From an uncultured Acidimicrobiia bacterium (GTDB taxonomy: Bacteria > Actinomycetota > Acidimicrobiia > Acidimicrobiales > Ilumatobacteraceae), in NCBI GenBank assembly GCA_963774125.1, contig CAVZDR010000002.1, positions 420,605 to 484,604 of the forward strand: DNA of 64,000 bases. The letters are read 5' to 3'. How positions within the stretch are numbered: the stretch's first letter is position 1; every line of letters starts with the position of its first letter. Under the pieces are notes generated by a model. It made no database searches and had not been told where the DNA came from. It was given only the letters and a program-made list of their open reading frames with translations. A program made the translations under genes and the position numbers. Positions 22,481-31,736 of this stretch are shown here, one piece after another.

Positions 22481-23657
22481 TCACAGCGCGGCGAGCGCGT
22501 CCAGTGCGACCAGTGCGTCGACTTCCTCCGCCATCGAGGCGCTGAGCCGGATCAGCAGCCCACCGATGGTGGCGTCGGTCCATCGCTGCGTCGCGATCTG
22601 GTCGGTGATGAGGAAGAGCGGCATCGACAACCGGTCACGCACCAGCTGGTAACGGGCGAAGGCCTCCGACTCGGTCTCGTCACCGCTCGCCGAGACCTGG
22701 ACCGCCCGGGCGAGCAGCTCGGCGTCGCGGCAGCGCGTCCGTCAGCCCGTGTGCGCTGAGCGGGTCCTTCCAATAGCCGGCGTCCCCGACCAGTGCCCAG
22801 CCGGGACCCCACGCCCGACGCAGGAATCCCGGCTGTCCGAGGAAGGTCCGCACGCCCGTTGCCAACGTCGCGTCCCGCACGCGGGCTGCCGTCTCCGGGC
22901 ACGCTTGCCGCAGCACGGACTCCAGCGCGGACGGCCCACCGCGCCCGATCCGCGCTGGCGACGCGGCGGCGAAGACACAGGCCAGCCCGCCGTTGGTCGG
23001 GATCACGCCGGCGCAGGCGTTCGGTCGGAAGACCCACTCGTAGCCGGTCGTCTCCAGCTCGGACCAGTAGCCGTAGACGACCGCGCTCGCTCCGGTGCCG
23101 CGCCGCTCGGTGGGTGCGGCGACGTGCCGTGCGACGGATGAGCGCATGCCGTCGGCACCGATGACGAGCGACGCGTCGACGACGAGGGGACGGCCCGTGT
23201 GGTCGCGTCCGACGACTCCGGCGACGCGGCCATGCCGATCGCGCCGCAGACCGGTGACCGTCACGCCATAGGACACGTCGGCGCCCGCCGCCGCGGCCGC
23301 ATCGACGAGCACCGAGTCGAGCACGGTGCGCCGTGGCGCGTACAGCGCCTCGACGCCGTGCGATGGCTTGATCGGGACCTCGATCGTCTCGGCGCCGTAG
23401 CGAAACGTGGTGCGCGTGATCGGTGGTGTCCCTGCGGCGACGATGTCGTCGAGCAACCCCCATCGGCGGAGCTGGATGACGGCGCCACGCATCAGGGCGT
23501 GGGTGGACAGCGTGTCGGCGCCGTACCGACTGCGATCGACGACGAGCACGCGTTGCCCGGCGCGAGCGAGGAGCATCGCCGTTGCGGCGCCGGCGGCACG
23601 TGCTCCGACGACGACCACGTCGTAGTGGCGCTCGGGAGCGCGAGGTGACGTGCTCAT
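22481..23657 (-). pseudogene. FAD-dependent monooxygenase (aromatic-ring-hydroxylase-like); one frame break
   Basis: MSTSPRAPERHYDVVVVGARAAGAATAMLLARAG (GxGxxG)...ADGMRS...GDAGYWKDPLSAHGLTDAL. After a break near 22730 the sense continues RDAELLARAV...ALDALAAL to TGA 22481-22483. The start overlaps the upstream stop (ATGA 23654-23657). Confidence 0.75.
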
Positions 23658-24898
23658 GCCCGACACAGCACGGCCGTCCTGCGGGCGAGATGGTCGGCGA
23701 TCCAGGCCGCATCTCGGCCGACGCCGTCGATGAAGTTGGAGTTGCGGCGGTGCTGGAAGCGCTGGCCGAGGACGTACAGGCCCGGCACGGGTGTGCACCC
23801 GCGCCGCTGACGGATCTCCCCTGACCCGTCGAGCACCGGCACGTGCAGCCACGGATACGCACGGCGGTGACCGGTCGCCCACAGCACAGTCGTAATACGG
23901 CGCTCGTGCAGGTCCAGTTCGCGGAGCCGCTGCTCGACCTGGATGGTCGGCGGTGACTCGGCGTCGAGGACCTCTGACGTCAGGCCGGACGCCTCGATGT
24001 GGGCGTCGATCTCGGCGAGGACGCGGCGCACGCGGGCGTCGGCCGTGGCCACGTGGCTGCACAGGTCGTCGGCGAACCCGACCCGGCGGCCGTCCGCCGA
24101 CGTGAGCCTTCCGGTCAGTTCGACGCCAGCTTCACGGAGCGCCTGGAGATCCAGCGTCCGGTGATCCGGTCGCCCAGCCAGCTGCAGCGACGGCTCCTGG
24201 CGCGCCGCCTCAGGGTCCGCCACGTCGTCGATCGTCCGATCGAGGGTTCCGGTCCGCTCCAACCACCAGAAGATGTCCATGCCCCGGTATGTGCGGGGCA
24301 GCCGGCTGTGGCGCCCGACGGCCAGCACGACATCGCGACCCGCCCGCGACAGTTCGTCGGCGATCTGCACGCCGCTCGCCGACGCACCGACGACGAGCAC
24401 GCCGCCGGCGGGCAGCGAATCCGGGTTGCGGTACGTGGCCGGCGTCAGCTGGTTGAGCGCACGATCGAGCTGCCGGGCCGGCGGCGGCACAGCTGGCCGG
24501 TCGCACCACCCACTTGCGATCACCACGTTGGCTGCCCGCCAGTGCCCGGCGCTCGTCCGCAACGCGAAGCCCTCGCCCAGCGGGGCCAGGCACTCGACGG
24601 CGGTCTGCTCCGTGACGGGCGCCGCCGACGAGCGGGCGTAGCCCTCGAAGAACGACACCACCTCGTCGCCCGTCATGAAGCCGTGTGGGTCCGGGCCGCG
24701 GTATGACCAGCCGGGCAGCCGGGTCATCCAGTTCGGACTGAGCAGTCGCAGCGAGTCCCACCGCTCGCTGCGCCAGCGCTCGGCGACCCTGCCCCGCTCC
24801 AGCACGACGTGCTCGACCCCGCGGTCGGTGAGGCAACGGCTCATGGCGAGGCCGGCTTGGCCGGCGCCGATGATGACCGCTGGGTGGACGGTGCGCAC
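23654..24898 (-). CDS. flavin-containing monooxygenase-like NAD(P)/FAD-dependent oxidoreductase (CzcO-like)
   Basis: Intact 414 aa with two dinucleotide folds, VIIGAGQAGLA and VLVVGASASGVQIA, and LWATGHR near the C-terminus. Confidence 0.75.
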   Translation of the reverse strand: MRTVHPAVIIGAGQAGLAMSRCLTDRGVEHVVLERGRVAERWRSERWDSLRLLSPNWMTRLPGWSYRGPDPHGFMTGDEVVSFFEGYARSSAAPVTEQTAVECLAPLGEGFALRTSAGHWRAANVVIASGWCDRPAVPPPARQLDRALNQLTPATYRNPDSLPAGGVLVVGASASGVQIADELSRAGRDVVLAVGRHSRLPRTYRGMDIFWWLERTGTLDRTIDDVADPEAARQEPSLQLAGRPDHRTLDLQALREAGVELTGRLTSADGRRVGFADDLCSHVATADARVRRVLAEIDAHIEASGLTSEVLDAESPPTIQVEQRLRELDLHERRITTVLWATGHRRAYPWLHVPVLDGSGEIRQRRGCTPVPGLYVLGQRFQHRRNSNFIDGVGRDAAWIADHLARRTAVLCRA

Positions 24899-24934
24899 GA
24901 GTCGCTCTTCTGGTGACGAAACGTGGCTGCAGGC

Positions 24935-25498
24935 TCAGCCGGCGTCGACCTCGATGGCGACCGGCACGCCGTTCGTGACGACGTCGTACACGGCGGAGCG
25001 GCTCTTCGACTGCTCGACGACGGCGCGCAACTTCTCCGGATCATCGCCGCGCAGCTTGAAGCTGACCTTGATCTGCTGGTAGCCGTTGCGGACCTCGTCC
25101 GAGAGCCCGAGGATGCCGAGCAGGTCGATGTCCCCCTCGACGGTCGAGGTGACCTCCGTCAGGTTCACGCCGCGGGCAGCAGCGATGTTGGCCAGACCGG
25201 ACGTCAGGCAGGCCGCCAGCGCGTGGAGGACGAACTCGACGGGCGTCGGGCCGTTGTCGTTGCCGACGAGCACTGCGGGGTGGTCGGCGTCGTAGGTCCG
25301 CGCCTCCTTGTGCGTCATCTCCTGCATGGCGCCGTAGAAGCCGTGGATCGTGGATCGGTTGTGGGTCCCGCTGACCCACGTGTTGGTGGCGCGGAACTGG
25401 AACTTGGCGATGTCCGTGTTGCCCTTCACCGCGTCGATCGTGGCGAAGAGTCCGGCGGTGTCGACCCCGTTGCGGCTGGGGTGCTCGACGATGGTCAT
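24935..25498 (-). CDS. OsmC-family peroxiredoxin-like protein
   Basis: ATG 25498 with SD GAAGGAG. PVEFVLHALAACLTSGL and the overall OsmC/Ohr length. The longer ORF-track start at 25663 runs through the promoter region. Confidence 0.8.
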   Translation of the reverse strand: MTIVEHPSRNGVDTAGLFATIDAVKGNTDIAKFQFRATNTWVSGTHNRSTIHGFYGAMQEMTHKEARTYDADHPAVLVGNDNGPTPVEFVLHALAACLTSGLANIAAARGVNLTEVTSTVEGDIDLLGILGLSDEVRNGYQQIKVSFKLRGDDPEKLRAVVEQSKSRSAVYDVVTNGVPVAIEVDAG

Positions 25499-25507
25499 GG
25501 GAACTCC

Positions 25508-25631
25508 TTCGGTCGGTAGCGTTCGAATGCATTTCGGTCGATCGACCGACCGAGAGCGTCGCGCTTCGGTCGAGCGTGTGTCAAGCTTGATTCCGATCGC
25601 GATCGGCGTGATACTAGATTCGGTCGACCGA
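25508..25631. promoter_or_regulatory. palindrome-dense divergent control region (probable TetR operators)
   Basis: TTCGGTCG occurs 4 times (25508, 25533, 25565, 25619). Perfect palindromes are TCGGTCGATCGACCGA at 25534-25549, TCGGTCGACCGA at 25620-25631, CCGATCGCGATCGG at 25593-25606 and TCAAGCTTGA at 25581-25590. A TAGATT -10-like hexamer sits at 25615-25620. Confidence 0.55.
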
Positions 25632-25647
25632 CCGAGGAGGAGCAGCC

Positions 25648-26290
25648 TTGGCAATCCCGGCAACTGAAACTGCGACCGCCCAGGTCATCCTGACGGCCGC
25701 TCGGACGCGCCTCCTCAGCGACGGCTATGCCGGGTTCTCGACACGCAAGGTCGCCCAAGAGGCCGGCGTGCCGCTGTCCCAGGTGCACTACCACTTCGGC
25801 TCGAAGGGCGGGATGGTGCTCGCCCTCCTGGAAGCCGAGAACCAGCGTCGCCTCGCCCGCCAGGCGACGATGTACGCCGAGGACGTACCTCTGTGGCGGC
25901 GGTACGAGCAGGCGTGCGACTTCCTCGAGGACGATCTCGAGTCGGGCTACGTCCGCGTCCTCCAGGAGATGATCGCCGCCGGATGGTCGACACCCGAGAT
26001 CGGCGAGCGCCACCAAGGAGATGCTGAGCGGCTGGTACGAGCTCCTCACGGAGGTGGCGACCGAGGCGGCCGCCCGCTTCGGCGGGCTCGGCCCGTTCTC
26101 GCCGGCCGAAGCAGCAGCCCTCATCGTCAATGCCTTCATCGGAGCGGAGGGACTACTGCTCCTCGGGTTCGACCGCCACGAGATGCCGATCAGAGCGAGC
26201 CTGCGCCGGATCGGTGAGCTGATCCGTGCCGCCGAGGAACGCTCGAGCGCCAACGGGAACGGGAACGGCGACACCGACGGTCCGCCGTGA
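25648..26290 (+). pseudogene. TetR/AcrR-family transcriptional regulator; one frame break
   Basis: TTG start after GAGGAGGAG. The HTH is FSTRKVAQEAGVPLSQVHYHFGSKGGM. The sense breaks after ...STPEIGER near 26010 and continues as ORF 26021..26290 (KEMLSGWYELLTEVA...). Confidence 0.75.
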
Positions 26291-27161
26291 TGAGGGCGAG
26301 CGAACCCGTGCGCACAGGTTTCGTCGAGCGCGACGGAGTGAAGCTGCACTGGCAGGAGTTCGGTGCCGGCGACCCGACGATCGTCCTGCTGCCAACGTGG
26401 TCGATCATCCACTCGCGGTTCTGGAAGGCGCAGGTGCCGTACTCGCCCGGCACTTCCGGGTCGTGACGTTCGACGGCCGGGGCTGGGGTCGTTCGGACCG
26501 GCCGACGAAGCCTGAGGCATACAGCCACCTCGAGTTCGCCGCCGACACGCTTGCCGTGCTCGACGCCACGGAGACTCCCGACGGCGTCCTCGTCGGCCTC
26601 TCGTGCGGCACGCTGTGGGGCGTACAGGTGGCCGCCGACCATCCCGCTCGCGTCCGGGCACTCGATCTGCCTGAGCCCGCAGGTTCGCCCTGGCGCCGAC
26701 GCATCCCGACCGCACGGTGTACCCGTTCGCCGAGCGGCTGGACGACCACGGACGGGCTGGGCGAAGTACAACCGCCACCACTGGATGGAAGGTGGCTACC
26801 GGGACTTCCTCGAGTTCTTCGCTCGAGAGTGCTGCACCGAGCCGCACTCGACCAAGCAGATCGAGGACTTCATCGAGTGGGGCCTCGACACCGAGCCGGT
26901 CACGCTGGTGGCCAGTGACGAAGGGATGGAGGCGTGCGGGCTGGAGAGCTCCGTTCGGTCTGCGAGCGGGTGAAGGCACCGGTGCTCGTGATCCACGGCG
27001 ACGGCGACGAGCTCGCTCACTACCCCAGGGGGGCGGCTCTGGCGACGGTCACCGGTGGCGAGCTGATCACGGTCGCCGGCGGAGGTCACTTTCTCCAGGC
27101 TCGTGAGCCCGTGCTCGTGAACCACTCGATCAAGCGGTTCGTCGATCGGATCGCCCGATGA
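26290..27161 (+). pseudogene. alpha/beta hydrolase, paralogue 1; about five frame breaks
   Basis: MRASEPVRTGFVERDGVKLHWQEFG..., then RVVTFDGRGWGRSDRP...GLSCG..., ...RFALAPTHPDRTVYPFAERLDDH, GWAKYNRHHWMEGGYRDFLEFF...HSTKQIEDFIEWGLDTEP, and VKAPVLVIHGDGDE...GGGHF. The pieces lie in alternating frames, with breaks near 26445, 26665, 26682, 26745 and 26930. Confidence 0.65.
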
Positions 27162-28045
27162 GAGCTCGCCAGCCGGACCGCGAAGGCTTCGTCGAGCGCG
27201 ACGGCGTGAAGGTCGGCTACGAGGTCTACGGCCACGGCCCGGCCACCGTGTTCCTCGTCGCGGCGTCGCCGATCACCCACGCCCGGTCGTGGAAGGGACT
27301 GGTCCCGTTCCTCTCGCGCCACCTCACGGTCGTCGACGATCGACGGGCCGGGCACCGGCCGCTCCGACCGTCCGCATCGACCGCGATCGCTACGCGCCCG
27401 ACCGAGATCGTGGCTGATCTGGTCGAGGTGCTCGACGTCGTCGACGTCCAACAGGCCGTCGTCGTCGCCCATTGCCACGCCGTGCCGTGGGCGCTGCGGC
27501 TCGCCGCCGACGTGCCCGAACTGGTCGCCGGACTCGTGGCGATCTCCCCAGGCATCGCCGTGATGCCGGGGTACGAGTACGCCGCCGAGGCCGAGCGCCG
27601 CTGGCAGGACGAGCTCGTCGACGCCTCCGGTTGGCAGCATGCGCAACCGCGCCGTTTGGCGCAGCGACGGCGGCTACCAGGCGTGGGTCGAGTTCTTCTT
27701 CGACCAGCTCCTCCCGGAGCCGCACTCGACCAAGCAGCGCGAGGACGCCGTGGCGATGGGCCCTGGACACCGAGCCCGAGGCGATGATCGCCGAACGGGA
27801 GGGTCGCGCCGCACCCGCCGGCTCTCCGGCAGACGAGCTGTGCCGGACGTGTCCGCTGCCCGGTGCTCGTCCTTCACGGGACCGACGACCGCTGCCAGCC
27901 CCTGGCACGGGGGCGGCGGCTCGCCGAGCTCACCGGCGGCGAGCTCGTCGTGCTCGACGGCTCTGGCCACCTGCCGCACGTGCGCGATCCGGTGCGGGTG
28001 AATCATCTGATCCTCGACTTCGTCGAGGAGATCTCGGGAGTGCAG
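27158..28045 (+). pseudogene. alpha/beta hydrolase, paralogue 2; about six frame breaks; 3' end unresolved
   Basis: ATGA overlap with paralogue 1. MRARQPDREGFVERDGVKVGYEVYG..., TIDGPGTGRSDRP, IDRDRYAP, TEIVADLVEVL...AHCHAV..., MRNRAVWRSDGGYQAWVEFFFDQLLPEPHSTKQREDAV, ALDTEPEAMI, and VLVLHGTDD...GSGHLPH. The pieces lie in alternating frames. Confidence 0.6.
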
Positions 28046-29284
28046 ATGCAGACCAAGGTCTGGACACGCGGTCTCGAGTCGGCCCAAGCGGGCGCTCTAC
28101 CTGTCGTCGCCGATCGGGCTCGGCCACGCCCGGCGTGATGTCGCCATCGCCAAGGAGCTCAAGCAGCTCCGTCCCGACGTCGAGATCGACTGGCTCGCCC
28201 AGCATCCCGTCACCGCGGTGCTCGAGGCGGAGGGCGAGCGGATCCACCCGGCCAGCCGCTGGCTGGCCAACGAGTCGGCGCACATCGCCTCGGAGTCCAG
28301 CGAGCACGACCTGCACTGCTTCCAGGCGCTGCGCCGCATGGACGAGATCCTGTTCGCCAACTTCATGGTCTTCCAGGAGGTCGTCGAGGAGGGGCTGTAC
28401 GACGTCGTGATCGGCGACGAGGCGTGGGACGTCGACCACTTCTGGCACGAGAACCCCGAGCTCAAGCGCGGCCAGCACGTGTGGCTGACCGACTTCGTCG
28501 GCTTCCTGCCGATGCCCGACGGCGGAGCGCGAGAGGCCTTCCTGACGACCGACTACAACGCGGAGATGATCGAGCACATCGCTCGATACCCGTGGATCCG
28601 CGACCGGTCGATCTTCGTCGGCAAGCCCGACGACATCGTGTCGGATCGGTTCGGCGCTGAGCTGCCGGCGATCCGCGAGTGGACCGAGGAGCACTTCTCG
28701 TTCTCCGGCTACATCACCGGGTTCACGCCTCCTCCGCCGGAGGAGGTGCCTGCATGGCGCGCCGAGCTCGGTTACCAACCGAGACGAGCTGGTGTGCGTC
28801 GTCGCCGTCGGCGGCAGCGGCGTCGGGCGGGCGCTCCTCGACAAGGTCATCGCCGCCTACCCGATGGCGAAGCGGCAGCTCCCAGCGCTGCGGATGATCG
28901 CCGTCGCCGGGCCACGCATCGACCCGGTCGGGTTCCCGAGCGCTCCCGGCCTCGAGGTGCACGGCTACGTCGACCGCTTGTACCGACACCTGTGCGTGTG
29001 CGACCTCGCCGTCGTGCAGGGTGGGCTCACGACGACGATGGAGCTGGCCGCGGCCAAGCGGCCGTTCCTGTACTTCCCGCTCGCGCAACCACTTCGAGCA
29101 GAACTTCCACGTCCGCCATCGCCTCGATCGGTACGGCGCCGGCCGGTGCATGGACTACGCGGCGACCGATCCCGATCTCCTGGCGGAGGCGATCTGCGAG
29201 ACGATCGGTCGTCCGGTCGCCTACCGCGACGTCGAGACCGACGGCGCGGCGCGCGCCGCCCAGCTGATCGCCGAGTTGGTCTGA
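28046..29284 (+). pseudogene. GT-B fold glycosyltransferase (MurG/GT28-like C-terminal half); about three frame breaks; start unresolved
   Basis: KRALYLSSPIGLGHARRDVAIAKELK...DEAWDVDHFWHENP... (ORF 28218..29267 frame), VCVVAVGGSGVG...VVQGGLTTTMELAAAKRPFLYFPL (ORF 28792 frame) and RNHFEQNFHVRHRLDRYGAG...AAQLIAELV (ORF 29021..29284). The breaks are near 28088, 28785 and 29085. Confidence 0.6.
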
Positions 29285-30492
29285 GCGCTCGCCCGCTGGG
29301 CGAACCGGGGTCGACTGACGCTCAAGAGCAGCCCGATGCTGGCGACGGTCAGGGCCATCAGCAGCCAGGCACCTGCCTGGATGCCGAGTTGGTCGGCGAG
29401 CGCTCCGAACGCGATGGCGAACGGCACGAACGTCAGCCACGTCGCCGCCCCGACTCCCGACGACACGCTGGCCCGAACGGTCGACGCGATGCGGTCATGG
29501 AGCAGCCGAGTGCCGACCACGCCGGCGGCGACCGCAAAGGTGGCCAGGACGACCTGGGCGACCGTGGCGACGATGGGATCCCGCACGACGACGAGCGTCA
29601 GCCCGGAGATGGCGAGCAGCCCGACGACGATGATCCGTGGCCCGCTCCGCTCGATCCGCAGGCGCGACGCGATCGCCCCACCAAGTCCGAGTGACGCCAT
29701 CAGCAGCGCCCATGCCGGGCCGTAGAGACCGGGTCCGGCGTCCGCAGCAACGAGCCACAACGGCCCGAACTCGTAGACCGCCTGGGTCAACAGCGACGTC
29801 ACGACGAGCAGGGCGACGATCGGCAGCAGTTGCGGCTGGCAACGGACGGTGTTCACCGCGGTGGCGATGTGCTGTCGCACACCCATCGACTCGCCGCCTT
29901 CGTGGAGCTTCGGTTCGCGGAAGTACAGCAGGGCGACCGTCGAGACAACGAGGAGCGGCAGTGTGGCGAAGTACGTGAACCGCGGGGACGTCAGGGCGGC
30001 CAGTGCGCCCCCGGCGAGCGCTCCGATCACGAGTGCCGCGCTCGACACCACGCGCAGACGGCCCAGAACGGCCTCGAACGTGTCGCTCGACCCGGTCTCC
30101 TCGAGGACGGCGTCGTAGACGATCGCGTCGAGCGTTCCGGACTGCATGGCGAAGTAGACGCCGAGCAGGACGGCGGCGACGAGGTACATCGCGACACCCG
30201 AGCTCAGCCCACCGACGGCCACGCTGGCCAGCGCCCCGAGGTTCCCGATGACGAGTACGCCGCGCCGGCTCCAGCGGTCAGCGAGGATGCCGGACGGCAC
30301 CTCGAGCAACGGCACGGCGGCGGCGTACAGCGCGGCCATCACACCGAGGATCGCCGGGGTGAAGCCGAGCTCGTCGAGAAAGAGCTTCTCGACGGGCACC
30401 CACAGGGCGATCCCGCCGGTGAACGCCGAGGCGTAGAGGGGGGCCAACCGTCTGCCGACCCGGACCGTGCTGCTCGTCGTCGGTGCGCTCAC
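29221..30492 (-). CDS. MFS transporter
   Basis: Intact 423 aa from a GTG start, with about 12 hydrophobic helices and the GILADRWSRRG loop motif. The 3' end overlaps the convergent glycosyltransferase by about 64 nt. Confidence 0.8.
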   Translation of the reverse strand: MSAPTTSSTVRVGRRLAPLYASAFTGGIALWVPVEKLFLDELGFTPAILGVMAALYAAAVPLLEVPSGILADRWSRRGVLVIGNLGALASVAVGGLSSGVAMYLVAAVLLGVYFAMQSGTLDAIVYDAVLEETGSSDTFEAVLGRLRVVSSAALVIGALAGGALAALTSPRFTYFATLPLLVVSTVALLYFREPKLHEGGESMGVRQHIATAVNTVRCQPQLLPIVALLVVTSLLTQAVYEFGPLWLVAADAGPGLYGPAWALLMASLGLGGAIASRLRIERSGPRIIVVGLLAISGLTLVVVRDPIVATVAQVVLATFAVAAGVVGTRLLHDRIASTVRASVSSGVGAATWLTFVPFAIAFGALADQLGIQAGAWLLMALTVASIGLLLSVSRPRFAQRASAQTNSAISWAARAAPSVSTSR

Positions 30493-30569
30493 TTGTCACT
30501 CTCCTCGATCTGTGCTATGTTTTTAGGAGTAAACACTCTGCTGATTGAAGTTGTCAAGAGGAATTGGGA
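30493..30569. promoter_or_regulatory. AT-enriched divergent promoter region between MFS and HxlR-type regulator genes
   Basis: A locally AT-rich stretch (ctatgtttttaggagtaaacactctgctgattgaagttgtcaagagg) in an otherwise GC-rich window. TTGTCA occurs twice (30494, 30551). The SD AAGAGGA lies 7 nt before ATG 30570. Confidence 0.4.
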
Positions 30570-31244
30570 ATGGCGCACTACGGTTCGGTGATCAGCGAAC
30601 GACGCACCTATGGGGACGGCTGCTCGTCTGCCCACGCCCTCGACCTGGTCGGGGACCGCTGGGCGCTGCTGATCGTCCGCGACCTGCTGTTCGGCCCGAA
30701 GCGCTTCAGCGACCTCCAGGTCGGCCTGCCGCACGGCAGTCCGAACGTCCTGACGCAGCGCCTTCGCGAGCTGGAGTCCTCCGGTGTCGTCCATCGACGG
30801 CGGCTGCCGCCTCCCGCTTCGGCCAACGTCTACGAGCTGACCGAGTGGGGCCGCCAGCTCGAGCCGATCCTGCTCGGGCTGCAGCGATGGGGCGCCAGCT
30901 CACCGTCGTTCTCGCCGGACGTGCCGGTTGGGTGCGACGCCGCGATGCTCGCCCTGAAGAACGCGTTCGACAGCGCTGCCGCCACTGATGTGGAGATGGT
31001 GGTCGAGGTCCGGTTCCCGCTGGCGACGTTCGGCGTCACGGTACGCGACGGCTCGATCAACATCGCTCGCGGAGCCGCCGACGCTCCCGACCTGACGCTG
31101 GAGACCGACCCCTCCACCCTCGAGCACGTCGCCTTCCTCGGGCTCACTGTCGACGACGCAGAGCGGCACGGGGACCTGGTCGTCCACGGCGACCGCCCAC
31201 TGGTGCGGCGGTTCTTCGATCTGTTTCCCCTGCCGGAGCCGTAG
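30570..31244 (+). CDS. HxlR-family winged-helix regulator with C-terminal SCP2-like extension
   Basis: CSSAHALDLVGDRWALLIVRDLLFGPKRFSDL...NVLTQRLRELESSGVV is the HxlR signature. An additional ~110-aa C-terminal domain follows. Confidence 0.8.
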   Translation: MAHYGSVISERRTYGDGCSSAHALDLVGDRWALLIVRDLLFGPKRFSDLQVGLPHGSPNVLTQRLRELESSGVVHRRRLPPPASANVYELTEWGRQLEPILLGLQRWGASSPSFSPDVPVGCDAAMLALKNAFDSAAATDVEMVVEVRFPLATFGVTVRDGSINIARGAADAPDLTLETDPSTLEHVAFLGLTVDDAERHGDLVVHGDRPLVRRFFDLFPLPEP

Positions 31245-31275
31245 TGCGCCGGCGATCAAGTGCCGGCCGTGTCGT

Positions 31276-31333
31276 TCAGAGGTGAAGGCCCGGTTCGGCA
31301 CGGCGGGCGCTCCAGCGCCTTCGCCGGCCGCAT
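31276..31333 (+). repeat. dispersed structured repeat, family B, copy 1
   Basis: TCAGAGGTGAAGGCCCGGTTCGGCACGGCGGGCGCTCCAGCGCCTTCGCCGGCCGCAT ends exactly at the VOC gene ATG. Near-identical cores lie at 47279-47336 and 47363-47420. An internal imperfect hairpin is CGGCGGGCGCT-CC-AGCGCC(TT)CGCCG. Confidence 0.75.
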
Positions 31334-31735
31334 ATGTTCGGGTGGATGCTGCGGATCACGGGCTTCGACCACCTCGTCCTGCGCTGCCGGGACGTCGACA
31401 CGTCGCTGCGCTGGTACGTCGACGTGCTGGGTCTGGAGCCGATCCGCGTCGAGGAGTGGCGACAGGGCGGGGCGCCGTTCCCGTCGGTGCGCCTCTCCCC
31501 TGAGTCGATCATCGATCTGATCCCCGCCGACGGGCCGCTCACGGACCGCAACGTCGACCACTTCTGTGTCGTCGCCGACCGGGCCAGCGTGGACGCCGTG
31601 GCCGCCGGCGACGGCACGCGCTTCAACGTGGTCGCCGGACCGGTGACCCGGTTCGGTGCCAAGGGGGACGGGTGGTCCGTCTACGTCACCGATCCCGACG
31701 ACAACATGGTCGAGATCCGCACCTACGAGGATTGA
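31334..31735 (+). CDS. VOC-family (glyoxalase/bleomycin-resistance/dioxygenase fold) protein
   Basis: 133 aa, with FDHLVLRCRDVDTSLRWYVDVLGL and ...VYVTDPDDNMVEI, typical of the VOC fold. Confidence 0.8.
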   Translation: MFGWMLRITGFDHLVLRCRDVDTSLRWYVDVLGLEPIRVEEWRQGGAPFPSVRLSPESIIDLIPADGPLTDRNVDHFCVVADRASVDAVAAGDGTRFNVVAGPVTRFGAKGDGWSVYVTDPDDNMVEIRTYED

Positions 31736-31736
31736 A

